A stretch of DNA of 64,000 bases from Rikenellaceae bacterium. Its GTDB lineage: Bacteria; Bacteroidota; Bacteroidia; Bacteroidales; Rikenellaceae. Below the pieces are notes generated by a model, which saw only the letters and a list, made by a program, of their open reading frames with translations, did not search any database and had not been told where the DNA came from. Location: NCBI GenBank assembly GCA_047174185.1, contig JBCQUH010000004.1, forward strand, positions 2,656 to 66,655, given 5' to 3'. Positions 22,343 through 29,301 of this stretch are shown piece after piece; positions within the stretch are counted from its first letter, which is position 1, and each line of letters starts with the position of its first letter. A program made the position numbers and the translations under genes.

Positions 22343-22606
22343 AGTGTGTTAATGTAGTCGGGAACTGCCCTATGCGGGCGGCGGCGGGGATTGCACCCCC
22401 GCGGGTGCTACGAGATACTCCGTATCTCTTTTGCATTGTCGATTTTTTATATAAGTTGAGGGGTAGATGATCTTTTTTAAGATCATCTACCCCTCAACTT
22501 AATTTAGATCCGATTGCAGGAGAGAGAAGCGCAGCTTCTCAAAGCTCTGCGGGGAGCACCCCGCCGCCGCCCGCATAGGGCAGTTCCCGACTACACCAAC
22601 ACCCTA
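22343..22606. repeat. 264-bp imperfect palindrome filling the whole dusB/sulfatase convergent intergenic region (MITE-like or structured RNA element)
   Basis: The 36-bp outer arms are exact reverse complements: gtagtcgggaactgccctatgcgggcggcggcgggg (22354-22389) and 22559-22594. Equivalent short hairpins sit in each half, around a 20-bp perfect central hairpin. Confidence 0.85.
22453..22500. terminator. bidirectional rho-independent terminator (20-bp perfect stem)
   Basis: aagttgaggggtagatgatc (22453-22472), loop ttttttaa, then gatcatctacccctcaactt (22481-22500). Both flanks are T/A-rich, and it lies between convergent genes. Confidence 0.8.
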
Positions 22607-24103
22607 CTACTCCACAGCGTTAGGAGGAAGTGGCACGTTGTTGTTGGCACGCCATGTGTGAACCATGTCGAGCATTGATTTGAGGATTGCTGGTTCGCTA
22701 TCCGCTAGGTTTTTGCTCTCCATTGGGTCATCCTTGAGGTTATACAATTCAACTGCGCCTGTTGCCAAGAACTCGATCAGTTTATAGTCACCACTTCTCA
22801 TCGCGGTACATGTGCCGTGTGTATATCGGCTGCTAAGTTGCCAGATGATCGGACGCTTATACCCCTTGGCGCTATCCTTTTTGAGATATGGAAGAACGGA
22901 CTCACCATCCAACACACCGTCGTAGTCGATATTAGCTATATCGAGGAATGTGGGGAAGTAGTCAACACTCGACACAGGCACCTGCGACACGCGCCCCTCG
23001 GTCTTACCACTCCAATAGATAAACGTCGGAACGCGCACACCGCCCTCGTACACAGCACCTTTGGCACCGCGCATCTTACGGTTGCCACTCACAATGCCGT
23101 TATATCCGTTGTCGGATGTAAAGATCACAACTGTATTCTCCTCCAGACCCGACTCACGCAGGAAGGTCATGATCTTGGCCACGTTATCATCCAACGACTC
23201 GATCATCGTTGCATAGGCGCAATGCTCGTCGCGATTCTTTCCAACACCCTGTCCCAATATCTCGTCACCCTCCTTTGCGGTATACTTCTGATACATCTCC
23301 TCGCTACGCTTCACGATTGGGCGATGCACTGTATAGTAGTGTAGGTTGATGAAGAATGGCTCGTCGCGATACTCCTTCATAAATCCGATTGCATCATCTG
23401 TCAAACGATCGGTCAACCACTCATCGCCAGCCTTAGGCTCGATAAATGGATTGGTGAATGGAGCCTTATAACCTCCGCTTGGATTCTTATATCCACCATC
23501 ACACAGCGCAGGATCGCCACGATATGTACCACCAACATTCTCCACAAATCCGCGCTCCTGAGGGTAATATTTGGTAATCTCAGGGTCGGCCTTATGATCT
23601 GGCACCCATGTATATATTCCTGGATTGGGCTGCGAGAGGCTCTTGGCAAATGGATACTCCAGAGACTCCTCCAACTTCGGATCTGGCCCCACGATATGCC
23701 ACTTACCCAGATGTATCGCCTTGTAGCCCACCTCGCTCAACACCTCTGAGTAGAGCGGAATATCGGTACTCACGCACCATCGCGAGAAGATATTCTCCTC
23801 GGCAGTTCCCTTCTCCAACACTGGCACCGTGTAGACACCCGTTCTAAAGGATTGCTGCCCTGTGAAGATCGCCGATCTCGATGGCGACGATGTGGGATAC
23901 ATATAGGAGTTGTCGAACACAACACTCTGCGAGGCTAGCTGGTCGATATTAGGAGTCTCGAAAAACTTCGAGCCATTGAATCCAACATCGGCATACCCCA
24001 AATCATCGACCAATATAAAGATTATATTGGGACGCTCCACACCCTTTTGGGCTGCGAAGGCTGTTGCCGACAATGCGCACAACAATAGTGGTGAATACTT
24101 CAT
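22607..24103 (-). CDS. sulfatase (S1 family, Ser-type formylglycine motif), secreted
   Basis: 498 aa with a signal peptide, metal-site motif NIIFILVDDLGYAD, and SSPSRSAIFTGQ (S-x-P-x-R). Confidence 0.88.
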   Translation of the reverse strand: MKYSPLLLCALSATAFAAQKGVERPNIIFILVDDLGYADVGFNGSKFFETPNIDQLASQSVVFDNSYMYPTSSPSRSAIFTGQQSFRTGVYTVPVLEKGTAEENIFSRWCVSTDIPLYSEVLSEVGYKAIHLGKWHIVGPDPKLEESLEYPFAKSLSQPNPGIYTWVPDHKADPEITKYYPQERGFVENVGGTYRGDPALCDGGYKNPSGGYKAPFTNPFIEPKAGDEWLTDRLTDDAIGFMKEYRDEPFFINLHYYTVHRPIVKRSEEMYQKYTAKEGDEILGQGVGKNRDEHCAYATMIESLDDNVAKIMTFLRESGLEENTVVIFTSDNGYNGIVSGNRKMRGAKGAVYEGGVRVPTFIYWSGKTEGRVSQVPVSSVDYFPTFLDIANIDYDGVLDGESVLPYLKKDSAKGYKRPIIWQLSSRYTHGTCTAMRSGDYKLIEFLATGAVELYNLKDDPMESKNLADSEPAILKSMLDMVHTWRANNNVPLPPNAVE

Positions 24104-24140
24104 ATTATTTATTTTGTTAATAGGTTTTAGATATACTCTA

Positions 24141-24148
24141 CAAATTTA
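24141..24148 (-). promoter_or_regulatory. candidate -7 box (TAAATTTG) for the sulfatase gene
   Basis: The minus strand matches TAnnTTTG 38 nt upstream of the ATG at 24103. Confidence 0.35.
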
Positions 24149-24251
24149 GTAAAAAAAACTGAATTCAAACAAAAACAGAGACTCCAATCTCATTTACACC
24201 TTGCACCATCCACATATTATTTATACCTTCGCAAGAAAAGACCAAAGAGCT

Positions 24252-24788
24252 ATGTTGACCAGAGAGAGAATTTCGACACAAGAAAACCCACTATTCCCAC
24301 TCTGCTGGGGGCTATACGAGAGTGCATTTCCGCTCGAGGAGCGTCGCGCACATGATTATCACATCGAGACGCTCGAACGCCCCAATTACCACTTCGAGGC
24401 TATCTTGGATCAGTCGCAACCCATCGGTTTTATCGGGTGGTGGGATCTAAATGAGATGGTATATATTGAACACTTTGCCACATCGCCCACGCTTCGTGGT
24501 GGCGGATATGGCGGCCGCGTGCTACAACAATTCATCGAGCAGATGCAGCGCCCCATAATCTTGGAGGTAGAGCACCCCACCGACAATATTTCGCAACGGC
24601 GCATAGGGTTCTACCAACGGTTGGGATTTCAGCTCAATCAACACCCATACTCACACCCATCGTACCAACAACCTAGCGACGAACGAGTATCATTGATGAT
24701 CATGACACACCCAGCAGAGGTGTCATATGAGCAGCTCGAAAACTTTTCACACAACCACATTCCGCTGATTCACTTCCGCAGCCGCTAA
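24252..24788 (+). CDS. GNAT family N-acetyltransferase
   Basis: Acetyl-CoA motif region RGGGYGGRVLQQF and the GNAT beta-bulge context. I prefer the ATG at 24252 (MLTRERIS) to the listed TTG at 24201. No signal peptide. Confidence 0.7.
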   Translation: MLTRERISTQENPLFPLCWGLYESAFPLEERRAHDYHIETLERPNYHFEAILDQSQPIGFIGWWDLNEMVYIEHFATSPTLRGGGYGGRVLQQFIEQMQRPIILEVEHPTDNISQRRIGFYQRLGFQLNQHPYSHPSYQQPSDERVSLMIMTHPAEVSYEQLENFSHNHIPLIHFRSR

Positions 24789-25195
24789 CCCTTCGAGGCC
24801 TCGGCACTAAAGCTGCGTTTGATATAGCACATTCCATCGGCTAATGCGATCAACTCGCCCTCTTGGTTGGTTATCTCGGCACGGCAATTCGACAGACTCT
24901 TGCGACCAAAAACAAAGGTCGCACGAGCCGTGAGGGTATCGCCCACACGCCCTGCCGAGAGGAAACGAATGTCGGATTGGATCGACAACGAACCCATATT
25001 GACATAGTTGGCGATGGCGGCCATCGCAATATCGGCCAACGTATAGATCAATCCGCCATGCGCTACCCCCCCACCATTGAGGTGACGTGGTTCCACCTTG
25101 ACCGACATTACGGCCTGCTGCTCGTCGAGATGCTCGATTGTGATCCCTGCCTCGTTGGCAAAGATGTCGTTTTTATATATCTGTTCGAATGTCAT
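24785..25195 (-). CDS. PaaI/hotdog-fold thioesterase
   Basis: 136 aa with the NGGGVAHGGLIYTLADIAM motif typical of PaaI-type 4HBT thioesterases. Its stop overlaps the GNAT stop (ctaa). Confidence 0.75.
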   Translation of the reverse strand: MTFEQIYKNDIFANEAGITIEHLDEQQAVMSVKVEPRHLNGGGVAHGGLIYTLADIAMAAIANYVNMGSLSIQSDIRFLSAGRVGDTLTARATFVFGRKSLSNCRAEITNQEGELIALADGMCYIKRSFSAEASKG

Positions 25196-25198
25196 AAT

Positions 25199-26752
25199 TT
25201 AGTTATTTTCTTTTAAATATGGATACTCACCCCTAACCATCGTCCGTTCAACACGCTCAATCAACTCGGAGCGCAACTGAGCCAAAATATCGGGGTACTT
25301 AGAATTCATCTCATAACGCTCCTGCTTATCTATCAATATACTGTAGAGGTCAAACCCCTGAGTCACTGGATTGTAACGCACCTTCCATCCATCGTTACGA
25401 ACTATCATTGGCCCCTCGTAGGAGTCGACCACCACCGTGCGATCGGCTGGCAAGTGACGCTTCTTGTGATTTAATAACACGTCGCAGTATGACACAGCAT
25501 CCTTGTTTTTGTTGATTGCGACACCCAACATATCGGCCATCGTTGCGATAAAATCATAATTGGCCACAACATCCGTCGACACCCCAGCCTCGATTTTACT
25601 AGGCATATAGTAGGCCAACGGAACACAGACACCACCCTCGAGATTCGAACGTTTCAGTCCAGCCATACCCATATTACCATCGAAGATATCGCCACACAAC
25701 ACACTGCGATACTTCACCGAGCTATTATCGACCTTCACACGCGAGGGTTGAATCGTCTGTTTAGATGTCGAGCTATTCGAGGTCTGGGTATAGATCTCGT
25801 GTCCATTGTCCGACGAGAATATAAACATCGTATTGTCGGCAATTCCCAACCTCTCAACCTCCTCCATGATCATCCCCACCGCCTCGTCGAGCAGGATCAT
25901 CATCGTCGCATACTCCTTTTCGCCATGTGTCAACCCCTTGACATCCTTCACCTGTTCGTGCAATTCGGGCACACTCAATGGCCCATGAGGCAGCTGCGAA
26001 GGGTGGTACAAGAAGAATGGTTCGTCGCTATGGTCGCGTAAGAAGTCACGGATCCAACTATTAAACAGATCCTGCGAATATTGCACCTTGCCATCCATAT
26101 TCAACCTCCGCTCCTCGTTTTTGGGCACATCGTATGGCTCACCCGACTTCGCGCAGTCGTTGTGGGTATTCCCCTCGATCATATCTATCCTACCACTATT
26201 AAATAGGAATGGTGGGAAGTAGCCGTGACAACGCACATGATCCAAGAAGCCATAGTAGTAATCCCACCCTTGATCCGTCATCTCCCGTCGAGTCGAACAG
26301 AAAGCATAACCCAACTTTCCGACCTGAGCCGTGGTATAACCTGCGCGCTGAAACATCTCGCCCAGATAGTCATCGTTGTCGGCCAATCGCACACGTTGAG
26401 CATCGATCGTAGCCTCCACGTTGGCTATCTTCGAGGTGTCGACCTTAAACTGACCACCCTTGCCAATCGTAAATATATCGGCTCGACAATCCGAATATCC
26501 CGTGAGCAACATCGCACGAGCAGGCGACGAGAAGTGTCCGCCATAGGCATTCGAGAACTCCAACCCACCTTTGACGATCTTATCAATATTTGGGGTCTGC
26601 AAAAACTGTTGACCATAGGCCGAGAGCATCCCCTTGCCCATATCGTCGGCATAGATAAATATCACATTGGGACGACCCAAACTAGGTTTTGCCACAGCGG
26701 CACTCGAGAGAGTCAACAGACACGAAGCTAATAATATATTTTTACCATTCAT
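25199..26752 (-). CDS. sulfatase (S1 family, Ser-type), secreted
   Basis: 517 aa with a signal peptide, NVIFIYADDMG, and SSPARAMLLTGY (S-x-P-x-R). Confidence 0.85.
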   Translation of the reverse strand: MNGKNILLASCLLTLSSAAVAKPSLGRPNVIFIYADDMGKGMLSAYGQQFLQTPNIDKIVKGGLEFSNAYGGHFSSPARAMLLTGYSDCRADIFTIGKGGQFKVDTSKIANVEATIDAQRVRLADNDDYLGEMFQRAGYTTAQVGKLGYAFCSTRREMTDQGWDYYYGFLDHVRCHGYFPPFLFNSGRIDMIEGNTHNDCAKSGEPYDVPKNEERRLNMDGKVQYSQDLFNSWIRDFLRDHSDEPFFLYHPSQLPHGPLSVPELHEQVKDVKGLTHGEKEYATMMILLDEAVGMIMEEVERLGIADNTMFIFSSDNGHEIYTQTSNSSTSKQTIQPSRVKVDNSSVKYRSVLCGDIFDGNMGMAGLKRSNLEGGVCVPLAYYMPSKIEAGVSTDVVANYDFIATMADMLGVAINKNKDAVSYCDVLLNHKKRHLPADRTVVVDSYEGPMIVRNDGWKVRYNPVTQGFDLYSILIDKQERYEMNSKYPDILAQLRSELIERVERTMVRGEYPYLKENN

Positions 26753-26881
26753 AATACCTAAAATTCACTTAGAAACAAAGTTAATGCTTTTCGTCTAGTA
26801 AATCCCTATTTTCGTATATTTTTTTTGCAAAACCAAAAATATTTTTTTATCTTAGTTGCATTAACATTAAACAGAATTACT

Positions 26882-28582
26882 ATGCGTATAAAACAGACTC
26901 TCTTTGCTGCACCATTGTTGGCGGCGGCATTATTGGTGGGTTGCCAAGGAGATGGCAGCTCTTCGGGCTACACACAAGTGGCTACAGGACAGGTAAACAC
27001 CTACAACCTCAAGGGCGAGGTTGTGAATGGACTCAGCACCTCGGATGATCTATATGGTCAGGATGCCGACTTCAAACGCGGTGCTCCGATGGCCTATCGC
27101 TACAATGGCGACGGCACGGTGACAGACCTCAACACGGGGTTAACATGGCAGCAAACGCCACCGTCGCAGGGTATGTCGTGGGCTGAGGCTCAGGCCTATT
27201 GCGACTCGCTCAACCTAGCAGGTCATGGCGATTGGCGACTACCAACGGCCAAAGAGCTATATTCGATTAGCGACTTCAACACTGGGTGGCCATACATCAA
27301 CACCGACTACTTCCACCTATCCAACGGTCGTGTCGACAAGGATGAGCAGTATTGGACATCTCACAAATATGTGGGCACGACGGTCGAGGGTCGCAACAAC
27401 GCGGCATTTGGTGTCAACCACGTAACGGGACATATCAAAGCCTATGCCGCAGGGTCTAATCGCGGTGGTGGTGGCGAAGGCGGCATGCAGCGCGGTGGCG
27501 GTGAGTCGCAAGGCGAGGGCAACATGCGCGAAGGTAACATGCGCGAAGGCGGTATGCGCGAAGAGGGCATGCAACGCGAAGGCGGCATGGGCATGCGCGA
27601 GGGCGGTATGTCTCGCGATAGTATGATGGCACAGCGTGGTATGCGCGAAGGTATGTCACGCGATAGCATAATGGCACAGCGCGGTATGCGTGAGGGCATG
27701 TCACGCGATAGTATGATGGCACAGCGCGGCACACGCGAAGGTATGCAGGGCGGACAGCAGCAGATGGGTGGTCAAGGCCAAATGAGTGGTCAAGGCCAAA
27801 CAACCCAAGGACGTGGCGAGATGCAGAGCGGACGCTCGGAGCAGAGCGGACGTTCGGATATGATGCAACGTGACCAATCATCATCGAGTCAAGGTCGCCC
27901 AAGTATGCAGGGCGAGCAGAGCAGCAGCGGCAGCGGTCGTCCACAGCGCGAGGGTCAGGAGGCAACAACTACGGCACAACGTAGCGGCGGACAGAGCGCA
28001 GGTCGAGGCATGATGATGGCTGGCGGCAACAGTCCGATGAACAAGCAGGTGCGTGCCGTACGCGGAGCTGCTTATGGTCAAAACGACTTTGTGGATAACA
28101 ACGACGGAACGATCAGCGACAAAGCGACTGGCTTGATGTGGGCCAAGGGCGATGGCGGCAAGGCAATGGAGTGGGGCAAGGCATTGATCTATGCCAAGGA
28201 GTCGACTCTTGCAGGATACGACGATTGGCGATTGCCAAATGTCAAGGAGTTGCAGGGAATCGTCGACTACAACTACGCACCGACATCGACTCGTCTAGAG
28301 GCTGCTATCAACCCAATGTTCTACTGCACAGTGTTTGAGAACGAGGCTGGCGACAAGGATTATGGTTACTACTGGACAGGCACATCGGCATGTTTCCGCA
28401 AGGGTGATCCATTCTACTTCGCATGGTACGTGGCATTTGGTCGCGCGGTCAACAATGCAGGAGCCGATTTCCACGGAGCAGGTGCTGTAAGATTTGACTC
28501 AAAGAGCGACGACGGAACAGTGGTCGAGGGTGGCGAGGAGCGCTACTACAACTTTGTTCGTCTGGTACGAGACATTAAATAA
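26882..28582 (+). CDS. lipoprotein with two DUF1566 (Lcl C-terminal-like) domains separated by a ~200-aa Met/Arg/Gly/Gln/Ser-rich low-complexity region
   Basis: Lipobox LLVGC. DUF1566-like motifs occur twice: GLTWQQ...MSWAEAQAYCDSLNLAGHGDWRLPTAKEL and GLMWAKGDGGKAMEWGKALIYAKESTLAGYDDWRLPNVKELQ. I prefer the ATG at 26882. Confidence 0.75.
   Translation: MRIKQTLFAAPLLAAALLVGCQGDGSSSGYTQVATGQVNTYNLKGEVVNGLSTSDDLYGQDADFKRGAPMAYRYNGDGTVTDLNTGLTWQQTPPSQGMSWAEAQAYCDSLNLAGHGDWRLPTAKELYSISDFNTGWPYINTDYFHLSNGRVDKDEQYWTSHKYVGTTVEGRNNAAFGVNHVTGHIKAYAAGSNRGGGGEGGMQRGGGESQGEGNMREGNMREGGMREEGMQREGGMGMREGGMSRDSMMAQRGMREGMSRDSIMAQRGMREGMSRDSMMAQRGTREGMQGGQQQMGGQGQMSGQGQTTQGRGEMQSGRSEQSGRSDMMQRDQSSSSQGRPSMQGEQSSSGSGRPQREGQEATTTAQRSGGQSAGRGMMMAGGNSPMNKQVRAVRGAAYGQNDFVDNNDGTISDKATGLMWAKGDGGKAMEWGKALIYAKESTLAGYDDWRLPNVKELQGIVDYNYAPTSTRLEAAINPMFYCTVFENEAGDKDYGYYWTGTSACFRKGDPFYFAWYVAFGRAVNNAGADFHGAGAVRFDSKSDDGTVVEGGEERYYNFVRLVRDIK
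27611..27745 (+). repeat. three tandem 45-bp in-frame coding repeats (SRDS[M/I]MAQRG[M/T]REGM), preceded by about five 15-21-bp G-x-M-R-E units from about 27520
   Basis: The units 27611-27655, 27656-27700 and 27701-27745 align with only a few, mostly synonymous, differences. Confidence 0.9.
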
Positions 28583-28594
28583 CGCGAGTTCGAC

Positions 28595-28645
28595 AATTAA
28601 GAAAACCCTCTTTTACATTGTTGTCCTTAAAGGGTTTTCTTAATT
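28595..28645 (+). terminator. hairpin after the DUF1566 gene (15-bp perfect stem, 21-nt loop); possible terminator
   Basis: aattaagaaaaccct (28595-28609) pairs with agggttttcttaatt (28631-28645). No clean T-run follows, so it is uncertain. Confidence 0.4.
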
Positions 28646-28732
28646 ATCGCCCCTCGTTAATTTTACATTTTACCCCACCCCCAACCCCCTCCCTTAGGGA
28701 TGGGGCTTGGTCGCTAAAGCTCCGAAATAGGT

Positions 28733-28756
28733 GTTAGTTCGAAAATTCGAACTAAC
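28733..28756. promoter_or_regulatory. 24-bp palindrome (11-bp arms, 2-nt spacer) just upstream of ogt; candidate operator
   Basis: gttagttcgaa-aa-ttcgaactaac ends 21 nt before the ogt ATG. The spacer is too short for a hairpin loop, which favours a dimeric protein site. Confidence 0.35.
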
Positions 28757-28776
28757 GTTAAATTAAGTATATTACA

Positions 28777-29301
28777 ATGACAAGCTGTTGGGCAATATAC
28801 AAATTGTCGATCGGCTATCTTAGAATCGAACACCGAGATCAACGGCTCACGCTTGTGCAGATGTTGCAGCGTGAGCCGTTGCACTTTGGAGAGGCCGACG
28901 AATTTTGCGATCGAGTGGCAGAGCAGTTGAGCGAATATCTGCGAGGTGAGCGGTGTGAGTTCGATTTGGAGATAGCAACGAGCGGATGCACCCCCTTTCA
29001 ACAGAGGGTGCTAGAGCAGTTGCGTCGCATCCCCTACGGTCAGACACGCACCTACAAAGAGATTGCCGAGGCGATTGGTTCACCACGCGCCGCACGAGCT
29101 GTGGGCATGGCCAACAACCACAACCCCATACAGATCATAATCCCCTGCCACCGTGTAGTCGGTTCGTCGGGGCGGTTGGTGGGTTATGCCGCTGGCATAG
29201 AGACAAAATCTAGGTTGTTGGAGATTGAGAGAACCTACGACAAGGCCACCTTCGAGATGGGGCGCGAGTGGTCGAGCGAACGATCAAAGATAAAGATATA
29301 A
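28777..29301 (+). CDS. ogt: methylated-DNA--protein-cysteine methyltransferase
   Basis: 174 aa with the active-site motif IIIPCHRVVGSSG and the upstream YGQTRTYKEIAEAIG helix. Confidence 0.88.
   Translation: MTSCWAIYKLSIGYLRIEHRDQRLTLVQMLQREPLHFGEADEFCDRVAEQLSEYLRGERCEFDLEIATSGCTPFQQRVLEQLRRIPYGQTRTYKEIAEAIGSPRAARAVGMANNHNPIQIIIPCHRVVGSSGRLVGYAAGIETKSRLLEIERTYDKATFEMGREWSSERSKIKI

Noticed and set aside
27520-27745. Possible CRISPR array or non-coding tandem repeat. The same question was asked of the 6-bp repeats at 34457-34498.
   Set aside because: The units are directly adjacent with no spacers, their lengths are multiples of three, and they lie in frame within long ORFs. They are coding repeats, and no cas genes are present in the window.
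27442-27968. Minus-strand ORFs (96 and 170 aa) and a plus-strand out-of-frame ORF across the Met-rich repeat region.
   Set aside because: They are artefacts of the low-complexity, repeat-rich coding sequence on the plus strand. The plus-strand frame is continuous with two recognisable DUF1566 domains.
28733-28756. A tRNA or tRNA fragment, suggested by the GTTCGAA T-loop-like string here and by the clustered short hairpins at 22390-22430.
   Set aside because: No cloverleaf can be drawn: there is no acceptor stem, D-arm or anticodon arm at the proper spacing. Here the GTTCGAA string is simply part of a perfect palindrome.
28714-29001. A 95-aa minus-strand ORF overlapping the ogt 5' region.
   Set aside because: It is antisense to ogt, which has the PCHR active site. 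The ORF has no motifs and no plausible promoter context.
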